Shown here piece after piece: positions 40,751-49,539 of a stretch of 64,000 nt of DNA; positions within the stretch are counted from its first letter, which is position 1; each line of letters starts with the position of its first letter. The position numbers were made by a program, and so were the translations under genes. The DNA comes from Deltaproteobacteria bacterium (GTDB lineage Bacteria; Myxococcota_A; UBA796; UBA9615). Where the stretch lies: positions 14,356 through 78,355 of the forward strand of contig JAGSHC010000001.1 of NCBI GenBank assembly GCA_023954745.1, given 5' to 3'. The notes under the pieces were generated by a model that ran no database searches, was not told the origin of the DNA, and was given only the letters and a program-made list of their open reading frames with translations.

Positions 40751-40814
40751 GCGCTGGAAACGTACCCGATCCGTGCTCCGCGCCGTCGCTTCCGGCGACG
40801 CGGAGCGTGTGGAT

Positions 40815-41135
40815 CTACTGGAGCGCTGCCGTGAAGGCCGACGCCTTGGCGGGGTCCTTGGCGAGCTCGAACATGGCCGCCTCGAACTGCTCGAGGGTCA
40901 TGCCCGCTTCGGACAGCAGCTTGTCGGCGTCGCCGGGGTTCGCCCGGAGCGCAGCGGCGAGGCTGATCAGAGCATCCGCCCCTTCGGCCGCCGGCGCGTT
41001 GTTTGCCGGCGCTTCGTCGGCCACCGGGGCCTCCGCTGCGGGTTCTGGCGCGGGGTCAGAGGCCGGCTCGGAGCCGCCACAGCCAGCGAGGGCCAGCAGC
41101 GATGCGGCGAGGAGAGTCGTGAGAGTGCGGTTCAT
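40815..41135 (-). CDS. Small hypothetical lipoprotein (Ala/Pro-rich, helical C-terminus)
   Basis: 106 aa with signal/lipobox MNRTLTTLLAASLLALAGC. It starts 3 nt after the upstream gene. Confidence 0.5.
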   Translation of the reverse strand: MNRTLTTLLAASLLALAGCGGSEPASDPAPEPAAEAPVADEAPANNAPAAEGADALISLAAALRANPGDADKLLSEAGMTLEQFEAAMFELAKDPAKASAFTAALQ

Positions 41136-41137
41136 GA

Positions 41138-41944
41138 CTACTTGCCCCCCTGTCCGTTGTCCGAGCCACCACCGCGATTCGCGTCACGGCGGGCCTTGCC
41201 GGCTGACTCGCTCGGCTTCCCGGCGTTCTTGTCGTTGGAGTCCTTGCGCGCCTTGCCGGCGCTCTCCGGCTTGTTGGCGTCCTTGCGCGCCTTGCCGCGG
41301 GACTCCGAGGGCTTCCCGGCAGAGCGATCGTCGGGCGCCTTCTTCGCGTCGTCCGCCATGTCCTTGCCCTTGGCCTGGCCTTCTCCAGCCATGTCCTTGC
41401 CCTTGGCCATGTCCTTGCCCTTGGCCATGTCCTTGCCCTTGGCCTGGCCTTCGCCCGCCATGTCCTTGCCCTGGCCGCGCCCGGTCCAGGTGCCGGCCTC
41501 CTTTGCGGCCTTCTTCGCCTCGCGACGCACCTGGTTCTCGGCCTTGATGGCCGTCGCGAGGTCCTGGCCCTTCTTCCCCTCGTCGAGCTGGGTCTTCACC
41601 CAACTGCCGAAGTTGCCTTCCCAGGCGTCTCCGTCGCCCTTGCTCTGGGCGGCGTCGAGCACCTCTCCCGCTTCGCTCGCGTCGAGCCCAGCGCCCTTGA
41701 CCGCGTCGATGGCGCCAGCCACCTCGTCGTCGGCCATCCCGCTCTCGCGCAGCTCCTTGGCCTTCGAGGGCAGGTCAATGGCGTCCATCAGGCGCTTCTG
41801 GGCGTCCGCGGACATCGCGGCGCCCTTGGCGCTGGCGTCGGCGGTGGCCTCGGCCTTCTTCTCTTCGTGGTGGTCCGCCAGAGCCGGCGTGGCCCACAGG
41901 GCGGCGGCTGCGAGCAGCCAGAGTCGTGTCTTCATCTTCGTCAT
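41138..41944 (-). CDS. Secreted low-complexity Lys-rich repeat protein
   Basis: 268 aa with signal peptide MTKMKTRLWLLAAAALWATPALA. Tandem KGKDMA/GEGQAKGKDMA repeats (nt ~41354-41470) are followed by AGKPSES(R/A)GKAR(K/R)D(A/S)N repeats (nt ~41177-41323). Confidence 0.5.
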   Translation of the reverse strand: MTKMKTRLWLLAAAALWATPALADHHEEKKAEATADASAKGAAMSADAQKRLMDAIDLPSKAKELRESGMADDEVAGAIDAVKGAGLDASEAGEVLDAAQSKGDGDAWEGNFGSWVKTQLDEGKKGQDLATAIKAENQVRREAKKAAKEAGTWTGRGQGKDMAGEGQAKGKDMAKGKDMAKGKDMAGEGQAKGKDMADDAKKAPDDRSAGKPSESRGKARKDANKPESAGKARKDSNDKNAGKPSESAGKARRDANRGGGSDNGQGGK

Positions 41945-41974
41945 CCTTTCAGGGGTCCTTCTGTGGACCGGGCG

Positions 41975-43588
41975 CTACTTCTTCTTCTTCTTCTTCTTCG
42001 AGCTGCTGGAACTGCTGGAGCCGCTCCCCGTGCTGCTCGAAGACGAGCCGCTCCCCTTGCTGCTCGAGGACGAGCTGCTTCCCTTGCTGGAGCTGCCGGA
42101 GCTGCTCGAACTGGAGGAGCTCGAGGAGCCGGTGGCCTTGCTGCTCGTCTGGTTCGAGGTGGTCGACGTTGTGCCCCCTGCAAGGGGGATGTTGATGGGC
42201 ACCGTGATGGGTCCGTAGCCGGGGTCGATGGAGATCTCACCCATGAGCCGAAGCCCTGTGAAGTCGGGCTTGGCGCCCGTCGCGGCGGCGGACAAGAGGT
42301 TCGTGCCGAGCTTGTCCCAGTTGAACTCGCTCATGAGCTGAAGCTCTGAGCTGCCCTGGGCGCCGATGCTCAGGTGCTGCTGCTTCGTGCTGCCGAGGTT
42401 TGCCCCCATGACCCCGGGGGCGGCGACGCCGATCAGCGCCACCGGCGTGCCGTCGGCCGCGACGATGCCGAGCTTGAACGAGGGCGCGGTCACTGCGAAC
42501 TCGTTGGGGTTCTCGATGTTGAACGGCGTCGAGATGCGGATGCCCTGGGGCAGAGCCGTGGGGATCACGAGGTTCCCGATGGTGGGGTTGTTCTTGAAGT
42601 CGACCCAGCCGGCCTGGAAGTCGTTGATCTTCTTGGCGGCCTTGGGGTCGAGAGTCCCGAGCAGGGTGGTCAGCTTCGGAAGGTCCACCGGAACCTGAAC
42701 CGAGTTGTTCTTGCTGCCGATGGTGGACTTCCCGTTGAGCTGCAGCACGCCGTTGATGGCGGTGAGGGCAGCGCTGGTCAGGTTGCTCGGCACGCCGATG
42801 CGCTCGAGCAGCTCCCCCACGGGGATGTCCACCTTCTGGTTCACGGCGGCGTTCTCGAACTGCTCGAGGAACGCGGCCAAGGGCTCGACCTTGCTGGTCA
42901 ACTCGCCAATGAGGTTGTCCACGTTGGCCGTCTCGGACGTACCCACGAGGGCGACCTCGGGCTTCGCGCCCTCCTTGCCCTTGATCTTGGGGAACTTGGG
43001 GAGCCGCAGGTTGCCTTCGTGGGCGAAGGTCAGCTTCGCCTTGCCGAGTCCCTCCCCAGCGCTCCCCTCGAGGGCCTGGAGCCCGGTGGAGAGCAAGCCT
43101 TCGCCTGCCTTCTTCGCTTCGTCGGAGACCACCTCCGCCCCGGGAATCTGCCCGAGGATGTCGATGATCTCCTTGGGCACGTCCACATTGGCATCGGCAG
43201 TGAACGCGATGGTGGCGTCCTTCCCGAACGCCTTCCCGACGCCGTCTTCGCTTAGGTCCACGCGGAAGTCGTACTTGATGGTCTTCGCGGTGCCAGCGGC
43301 CACGTCGAAGCCCTTCTTCGTTCCCGTGCTGGCCACGTTGGAGCCATCGATCTGGAGGCCGAAGTCATGGCCAGGAACCTTGAGCTTGATGCCGGTGGGG
43401 TTCTTGACCTTGAAGTTGAAGCCGACGTCGAGCTCCACCTTCTGAGAGCCAGGCTCCTTCTGCACGGTCCTCACGGTCATGCCCGCGAAGGCCGCGGAGG
43501 GGATCTTGCCGGTCATGCACCCCGAGCTGAGGCCGAGGGGAAGGACGAGCGCGCAGAGAAGCAGCGCGCGAGCGAAGCGTTGGGTCAT
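41975..43588 (-). CDS. Lipoprotein with two WHy/LEA_2-like domains and a C-terminal Ser-tract ending in Lys7
   Basis: An internal ATG gives MTQRFARALLLCALVLPLGLSSGC. NPTGIKLKVPGHDFGLQIDG... and NPNEFAVTAPSFKLGIVAADGTPVA resemble LEA_2/WHy beta-sandwich domains. The last ~75 aa are S/G/T/K low complexity ending in KKKKKKK. Confidence 0.55.
   Translation of the reverse strand: MTQRFARALLLCALVLPLGLSSGCMTGKIPSAAFAGMTVRTVQKEPGSQKVELDVGFNFKVKNPTGIKLKVPGHDFGLQIDGSNVASTGTKKGFDVAAGTAKTIKYDFRVDLSEDGVGKAFGKDATIAFTADANVDVPKEIIDILGQIPGAEVVSDEAKKAGEGLLSTGLQALEGSAGEGLGKAKLTFAHEGNLRLPKFPKIKGKEGAKPEVALVGTSETANVDNLIGELTSKVEPLAAFLEQFENAAVNQKVDIPVGELLERIGVPSNLTSAALTAINGVLQLNGKSTIGSKNNSVQVPVDLPKLTTLLGTLDPKAAKKINDFQAGWVDFKNNPTIGNLVIPTALPQGIRISTPFNIENPNEFAVTAPSFKLGIVAADGTPVALIGVAAPGVMGANLGSTKQQHLSIGAQGSSELQLMSEFNWDKLGTNLLSAAATGAKPDFTGLRLMGEISIDPGYGPITVPINIPLAGGTTSTTSNQTSSKATGSSSSSSSSSSGSSSKGSSSSSSSKGSGSSSSSTGSGSSSSSSSKKKKKKK
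41978..41998. repeat. (CTT)7 trinucleotide microsatellite encoding the terminal Lys7 of the WHy-lipoprotein
   Basis: Seven consecutive CTT codons lie immediately before the stop (reverse strand AAG x7). Upstream are imperfect (GCT/GGA)n Ser-coding repeats. Confidence 0.8.
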
Positions 43589-43631
43589 GGGATGGGCTCC
43601 TCGGGGCTGCGGATGACCGCGCCCCACGTGT

Positions 43632-46067
43632 CTAGATGCGTCGCGTGACAGGGACCCAGAGGATCCCGAAGTCGCGCAGGTCGATGTCGTTCTTCTCGAG
43701 GGTGACCTGGCGCTCCTCGATCTCCTCGAGGGCCTCGCCGTGCTTCTCCTCGAGCTCCTCGGTGGCCTCCTCGAGCTCCTCGGCGAGCTCTTCCAGCTGC
43801 TCCTGGTAGGTCTCCAGGTCGTCCTCGGCGGCGTCGATCCGTCGCGCGGTGTTGGCCGCCGTCTTTCGCTTGGTGAGCACCGAGCCCATGGAGCGCTTGC
43901 GCCCTACGAAGAAGCTCAGGACGACCTCGCCGATGTTCACCACCTCGGCGGCCTTCTCGGCCTTGGCCTTGCCCTCCAGCTGGTCGATCTGGTTCTCCTT
44001 CTTCCGCACCTTCTCCTCGATGCGTTTCACCTTCGTCTCGTAGCTGCCGTGCAGCTTCCCGAGGGCCGCGTCGACCTTGTCCTCGACGGCCTCTCGGCAG
44101 CGGGCCTCGAACGCTTCGCGGGTCTCGTTGGTCTTGCCGTGCAGCTTCAAGGGCGCGCAGACCCACTGGCCGCGGGTCTCTTCCCGGTAGATCCGGTCGA
44201 CGACGTCGCGCTTCGCGGCCGTGAACTCCTTGCTCTCGTCGAGCCAGGTCGGGAGGGGGTGGAAGCGTCCCGAGGGCGCATCCTGAAGAAGGTCGCGATC
44301 GTCGAGAGGCACCGAGATCGGCTCATCGGGAAGAGAGCGGCCGTCCAGGGGCAGCCACACCATGTGATGGTCCTCGTCCAGCGAGTACCCGTGACGCTCT
44401 TCGTCGAAGCGAAGCCGCACGTTGGCGTACACCGCCGGCGCGTACTCCACAGCGCCGTCGCCCCGGGCCGCCCGGGCGTACCGATCGAAGGCGCCCTCCA
44501 TGCGGGCCGAGAATGCGGAGCGGGGGTCGAGGAAGTAGCTGTTGGTTCCACGTGGAGCAGGCGGCGCCATTCCGGAGAGGCCGTCGTCCATCGTCGGCGC
44601 GGGCGTGGCTGCCGGCGCTGACGTGGCGATCGCCGCCGGGGTGCTCGTGGACGCCACAGCAAGCGCGGCCGTCGAGGCTGGCGGCGTCTCCAGGTTGGGG
44701 AGTCGCTCGATCTCGTGCCGCGTGATCGGGCCCCGCAGGTAGCTCATCACCCATCGGGTGTTGAACAGCGTGGGCTTGTCGTCCTTGACGTCACGAAGCA
44801 GGAACTGGCGCGGCTTCATCTTCCCGATGAGCCCCACGACGTCGTCGCTGGCAGCCCCCGCAGTGCGCATGCCTTCGCTCACGCGCTTGATGTCCTGCTG
44901 GGTCGAGAGGCGACCCAGGAACCAGGTGCCCGCGTTGGTCAGGCCCTTGTAGTCGAGGTCCACGGGGTTCTGGGTGGAGAGCAGCACGCCCACTCCCACC
45001 GCGCGGGCCTGCTTCATCAGGGTCAGGAGCGGCTTCTTCGTTGGCGGGTTCGCCGGATGAGGTGGCATGAAGCCGTAGGCCTCATCGAGGAAGATCAACG
45101 CACGCAGCGAGCTCGTTCCCGACTGGGAGCGAGACCAGGCCACGATCCGCTCGAGCAGGAGCGACGTGAAGAACATGCGCTCACTGTCGGTGAGGTGCGC
45201 CATGTAGAAGACAGAGACCGGAACCCGGCCGTCGGTCGTGTCCGTGAGCGCGACGGGGTCGATGCGCGCGCCCTTGGTCCAGGCCTGGAAGCTCGGGGCG
45301 GCGATGACGCCGTTGAGCTTCATGGCGAGGTCCATGCGGTCATCGGGGCTCCAGAACCGGTCCAGTGGGAAGACCCCCACCTTCTTGAAGGGCGGGTCCA
45401 CGATCTGGAGGATGAGCTTCTCGGGGTCGAGATCCTCCCCCTGCATCCAGGCGGTCTCGATGATCTGGGACACGACGAGGTGCTCGGGGGAGCGCACGGG
45501 GTCCGCGTTCACGCCGATGAGGGACAACAGTCCAGAGACCGTCCCAGTGATCAGCTCGCGGCGGGAGTCCCCGTCCTCCAGGGTCTCCTGGGCCGGACGA
45601 CCGAGGGCGCCGAGCACGTTGACCGGCAGACCGGCCTCGGAGCCGGGAGTGAAGAGGCTGAGGCGCATCTTGTCGCGCAGCGACGCCATGGTGTCCGGTC
45701 CCAGGTCGTATCCAGCGAGGCCGCCCTTCCACATGTCGGCGGTCTTCGTGCCGAGCTCTTCGGTGGAGAGTCCCTTGCGCCGGGCCTCCGCGTCGTCCAC
45801 CCAGGGAGAGAAGTCTGAGCCTCGCAGCTCCGGGAAGACGAGGGCGAGGTTGGCCAGGTCGCCCTTTGGGTCGATGCAGATGACCGGAACGCCTTCGAGG
45901 ACCAGCTCTTCGATGAGTCCGACGCTGAGCCCGGTCTTGCCCGAGCCGGTCATGCCGATGCAGACCCCGTGGCGCACGAAGCGATCGGTTTTGTACTCGA
46001 ATCGATCGTCGGTGACCGACTGATCGTCGGTGCTGACCTTGCGGCCCAAATACAGCTTTCCGGACAT
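43632..46067 (-). CDS. HerA/FtsK-like P-loop NTPase (DUF853/YjgR-like) with ~300-aa C-terminal coiled-coil extension
   Basis: An internal ATG (MSGKLYLGRKV...) gives 811 aa. Walker A is CIGMTGSGKTGLSVGLIEELVLEGVPVICIDPKGDLANL and Walker B is LIFLDEAYGFMP. The C-terminus is heptad-like Glu/Lys-rich (...EELEEATEELEEKHGEALEEIEERQ...). Confidence 0.75.
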   Translation of the reverse strand: MSGKLYLGRKVSTDDQSVTDDRFEYKTDRFVRHGVCIGMTGSGKTGLSVGLIEELVLEGVPVICIDPKGDLANLALVFPELRGSDFSPWVDDAEARRKGLSTEELGTKTADMWKGGLAGYDLGPDTMASLRDKMRLSLFTPGSEAGLPVNVLGALGRPAQETLEDGDSRRELITGTVSGLLSLIGVNADPVRSPEHLVVSQIIETAWMQGEDLDPEKLILQIVDPPFKKVGVFPLDRFWSPDDRMDLAMKLNGVIAAPSFQAWTKGARIDPVALTDTTDGRVPVSVFYMAHLTDSERMFFTSLLLERIVAWSRSQSGTSSLRALIFLDEAYGFMPPHPANPPTKKPLLTLMKQARAVGVGVLLSTQNPVDLDYKGLTNAGTWFLGRLSTQQDIKRVSEGMRTAGAASDDVVGLIGKMKPRQFLLRDVKDDKPTLFNTRWVMSYLRGPITRHEIERLPNLETPPASTAALAVASTSTPAAIATSAPAATPAPTMDDGLSGMAPPAPRGTNSYFLDPRSAFSARMEGAFDRYARAARGDGAVEYAPAVYANVRLRFDEERHGYSLDEDHHMVWLPLDGRSLPDEPISVPLDDRDLLQDAPSGRFHPLPTWLDESKEFTAAKRDVVDRIYREETRGQWVCAPLKLHGKTNETREAFEARCREAVEDKVDAALGKLHGSYETKVKRIEEKVRKKENQIDQLEGKAKAEKAAEVVNIGEVVLSFFVGRKRSMGSVLTKRKTAANTARRIDAAEDDLETYQEQLEELAEELEEATEELEEKHGEALEEIEERQVTLEKNDIDLRDFGILWVPVTRRI

Positions 46068-46280
46068 GCGAAAACCCTCCCATGGTGGGGCGGATCGTAG
46101 AGGAGGCACGAGGATGTGGGGCTGGTGCTGAAAAGGACGGCCGGACCCGCAAGAGGGGATCTGTTGGGGGCCGGGTCCGACCGTCTTCTCTTCAGGAGGG
46201 GCGACCCCATCCCAGGATTGGGATGGGGCCTCCCGGGCCACCGAGTGGGGCGACACGGTGGCTTTTCTTGATGCTTCTTC

Positions 46281-46742
46281 TCAGCCTCCCAGCGCCTTGA
46301 GCGCGGGAACTGCGGCGAGAACCTTCTCCAGGAGGCCATCGCCGGCCTTGTCCTGGACGAACTTGAGGAAGAGCTGGATGAAGGGGCCGGCCTGTTCCTT
46401 GTCGAGCCCGCTCGCGGCGAGCTGCATGACCGCGGCCAGCATGGGGTTGTCCCCGAGACCGCCGCCGAGGGCGCCGCCGAGCATGCCGCCCAGACCGCCG
46501 CCTCCTGGGTCTCCGCCACCGAGGGCGCCTCCGAGCATGCCGCCCAGGGCGCCTCCGAGGCCGCCGCCGTCATCGCCGCCGCCGAGGAGCTCCGCTGCGC
46601 CGGGGAGCGCGCTTGTCAGGGAGCCGAAGTCTCCGCCGTCCATGCCGTCCTGGAGCATGCCGAGGACACCCTTCGTTGCAGCGTTGCCGGTGTCTTCCGA
46701 CACTCCGAGCTGCGAGGCGGCCAGCTTGATGAACTCCTGCAT
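46281..46742 (-). CDS. DUF2780-like small protein (two helical LGVSE-type motifs flanking a Gly-rich linker)
   Basis: 153 aa: MQEFIKLAASQLGVSEDTGNAATKGVLGMLQ...(GGxLGGALGG repeats)...LAASGLDKEQAGPFIQLFLKFVQDKAGDGLL. Confidence 0.5.
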   Translation of the reverse strand: MQEFIKLAASQLGVSEDTGNAATKGVLGMLQDGMDGGDFGSLTSALPGAAELLGGGDDGGGLGGALGGMLGGALGGGDPGGGGLGGMLGGALGGGLGDNPMLAAVMQLAASGLDKEQAGPFIQLFLKFVQDKAGDGLLEKVLAAVPALKALGG

Positions 46743-47058
46743 CAGTCACTCCTGGGGTGCATTGCGTTGCACCGATGCCCAAACCTTTCGCAACCCCCGT
46801 GCCAACTTGGAAAGTGCCCCGTCTTTGGGGTCTCGACGGGTGAAGCGTCGGCAGAACGGGTCAGGCGCGACCCGAAATGGCCATCGAGGGCGGTCCGAGT
46901 GGGTCACCGGTGGTCCACCCTCGTCATGCCGCTGCCCGGGAGGCACTGAGGGCGCGCAATCTCCGACCCGATTTCCCGGTCCGGCATGCGGCTTGCTGAC
47001 ACTCCTCGCGGCCGGCAGCATGCTCCGGTCCGGGTACATGCACCCAAGGAGACCAAGG

Positions 47059-49521
47059 ATGTCCGCTCGCACCTACCTTCTCGCCCTCGTCGCTGGCGCC
47101 GCGCTAGTGATTCCTACGGCCGCTGACGCAAAGGTCCCCACGAAGTCGGAGATCGACACCGCAGTCATGGCCCTCCCGGATGACGCGAAGACGGGGATCA
47201 CCGAGGCCTCCGATCGCCTCACCGCCGCGCAGGCTCAGCTTGAGAACGAGAAAGCCGCTCTGGCTGCCGCGAAGCTACGGCAGGACGCGGAGAAGCTCCG
47301 CCTCAACCAGGGGGAAGGTGAACTGAAGGCCGTCGACGCGGAGTCCCAGGCCGCGGAGCTCGTGGGCGCGACGTCGGAGCTCGAGGCCCTGGCGGTCCAG
47401 CGTGCCCGGGCGACCGCGGACATCGAGTGGCGCAAGTCGCGCATCGACGCCAACCGCCTGGAGATTCAGTACCGGAACTCCCTGGTGAGCACGGCAAAGC
47501 AGCGGGTTTCCCAGCGCGAGGCGGCTGTTGAGCGGGAGAAGCTCGAGGCGATGGCCAACATCGTGGGTTCCGATCCCGACGTGGGGAAGGCTGCGGGCAA
47601 GGCCTTCCAGGTCGCCGCCCGCAAGCGCAAAGCCACCGCGAAGGCCGAGAAGAACAGCGCGAAGGTCGAGAAGAAGTGGGAGCGCGCGCTGCGCGTGGCG
47701 GACAAGCAGCAGCCCAAGGAAACCAGTGATCAGCTGAAGGCCGCCTACGACGCCGCGGGCGTCGAAAAGGACGCGCAGGTCGCCGAGGCCCGCAAGCAGG
47801 TGGAGGTCGAGCGCGAGCAAGTCGCCGAGCTGCAGTCGAAGATCGCCGAGCTGCAGTCGGGACAGGCAGCTCGGGTTGAAGAACTCGAGGAGAAGACCAG
47901 CTCCGTCAACGCCGAGAACGCCGCGCGCCTCGACGAGCTGGACGCGCAGCTGAGCAAGGAGCGAGCTGCTCACGAGGAAGAGCTGGCCAAGGTGCGAGAG
48001 GAGATGGCCAAGGATGCTTCGACGGGCGCGGCCAAGGAGATCGCGGCGCTCCAGTCGGATCTGAAGGCAGCGCGAGAGAAGCAATCGGCCCTCGCATCGG
48101 AGCGGGACTCCACCGCCAAGGAGCGGGACGAGAGTCTTCGGGAGGTGGCGGAGCTCGAGGCAGACCTGGAGAGCTCGAAGAGCGCCGGTGACGCCGACGC
48201 CGAGGAGTGGAAGGCGAGGGCTGAGGGGGCGGAGCGCGAGAAGAAGGCGGCGATCGCCGCCGCCACCGAGGAGCGGGACACCGCCGCGGGCGAGCGGGAT
48301 CGCCTCAAGGATCGGGTCGCCGAGCTCGAGTCATCTCTCGCGGAGGCGGAGAAGGCCGCCGCGGAGGCGGGGGGTGAGGACAAGGAGGACCTCCTGGCTC
48401 TCGTCGCGACCCTGAGGCGTCAATTGTCCTCGCAGAAGGCCAGCGCGGAGGAGCAGACCGATCTCCTCCAGCGGCAGATCACCAGCGCCGAGCGCAAGCA
48501 CGAGTCCCGCATGGAGGAACTCGCGGCCGCGCTCGAGGATGCCCGTGACGACGCCGATGGCTTGGCAACGGTGGCGGTGGACGCGGAGCGTGATCGCGAC
48601 AGTGTCATGGCGGAGCTGGAACGCACGAAGTCCCAGCGCGACGAGGAGTCCGCCCAGGTCACCAAGCTCGAGAGCAAGCTGGCAGCCCAGAAGGGCGAGT
48701 TTGAGCGGCGCATCGACGAGCTCAAGGGGGCCGTCGAGGGTGCGGACGCTGCGAACGCCGAGCTGAAGGCAGTTCAGGCAGAACTCGACTCGGCCAACGC
48801 CGAGTTGGCGGCCGCGACCGAGGAGGCGAAGGCCGCGCGCGGGGCGGCGCAGGAGGCCCAGGCATCCCTCGCGGAGCTCACCAGCAAGGTCGGATCCCTC
48901 GAAGCGTCGGTCGAGAAGGAGATGTCCGCGAAGGAAGCCGCGGCGGACGAAGCTGCTGCGAAGGCGGAACAGGCCGCCCTCACCCTCACGGAGGTGAAGG
49001 ACGCCAACGCCGAGCTGTCGGCGGAGGTGGAGATGCTCCAGGCCCAGGTCGGGGCGGCGGAGGATCGCCGGGGCAAGGAGATCGCGGAGGCCGTCTCGGC
49101 AGCGCGCGCCGAGCAGGCGGGAGACGACGAGCTGCGGGCAGAGATCGAGCTGAGCCTCGCCGCTGCCGAGGCGCGGTCGTCCGAACTCGAGTCCGATCTG
49201 CAGTCCATGACCCTATCCAGCCAGGCGATGGAGCGGGAGATCGCGCAGCTGCAGGACGACCTGGACGCCAACTCCCTTGCCGAGGGCGAGTCGAACGCGA
49301 AGATCGGTGACCTGGCCAAGAAGCTGACTGAGGCTGAGCAGCAGAGCAAGGCACGCATCGCCTGGCTCCAGGCGGAGCTCAGCTCCTCGCGCAACTACGT
49401 GGGCGCGCTGCGCGACAAGCTCGCTCAGCTCGAGGAGGGCCAGCGTGAGCGCGATCGCTCCATCGCCCGCCTGAAGGCCGAGAACAAGGCCCTCTGGGGC
49501 CGCATCGACGGCGAGAAGTAG
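47059..49521 (+). CDS. Secreted long coiled-coil protein (Ala/Glu/Lys/Arg-rich, ~820 aa)
   Basis: The ATG at 47059 (AAGGAGACC upstream) gives signal peptide MSARTYLLALVAGAALVIPTAADA, then ~790 aa of continuous heptad-like sequence (...EKAALAAAKLRQDAEKLRLNQ...). The 267 codons upstream of it in track ORF 46258..49521 overlap the divergent promoter and DUF2780 gene and are rejected. Confidence 0.65.
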   Translation: MSARTYLLALVAGAALVIPTAADAKVPTKSEIDTAVMALPDDAKTGITEASDRLTAAQAQLENEKAALAAAKLRQDAEKLRLNQGEGELKAVDAESQAAELVGATSELEALAVQRARATADIEWRKSRIDANRLEIQYRNSLVSTAKQRVSQREAAVEREKLEAMANIVGSDPDVGKAAGKAFQVAARKRKATAKAEKNSAKVEKKWERALRVADKQQPKETSDQLKAAYDAAGVEKDAQVAEARKQVEVEREQVAELQSKIAELQSGQAARVEELEEKTSSVNAENAARLDELDAQLSKERAAHEEELAKVREEMAKDASTGAAKEIAALQSDLKAAREKQSALASERDSTAKERDESLREVAELEADLESSKSAGDADAEEWKARAEGAEREKKAAIAAATEERDTAAGERDRLKDRVAELESSLAEAEKAAAEAGGEDKEDLLALVATLRRQLSSQKASAEEQTDLLQRQITSAERKHESRMEELAAALEDARDDADGLATVAVDAERDRDSVMAELERTKSQRDEESAQVTKLESKLAAQKGEFERRIDELKGAVEGADAANAELKAVQAELDSANAELAAATEEAKAARGAAQEAQASLAELTSKVGSLEASVEKEMSAKEAAADEAAAKAEQAALTLTEVKDANAELSAEVEMLQAQVGAAEDRRGKEIAEAVSAARAEQAGDDELRAEIELSLAAAEARSSELESDLQSMTLSSQAMEREIAQLQDDLDANSLAEGESNAKIGDLAKKLTEAEQQSKARIAWLQAELSSSRNYVGALRDKLAQLEEGQRERDRSIARLKAENKALWGRIDGEK

Positions 49522-49539
49522 GCCGGCGAGCCCTCGGTC

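Noticed and set aside
46258-47058. N-terminal 267-codon extension of the coiled-coil ORF (and the similar 261-codon extension of 50853..54038)
   Set aside because: The extensions run antisense through neighbouring genes and promoters. Strong internal ATGs with Shine-Dalgarno sequences and signal peptides (47059; 51636) mark the true starts.
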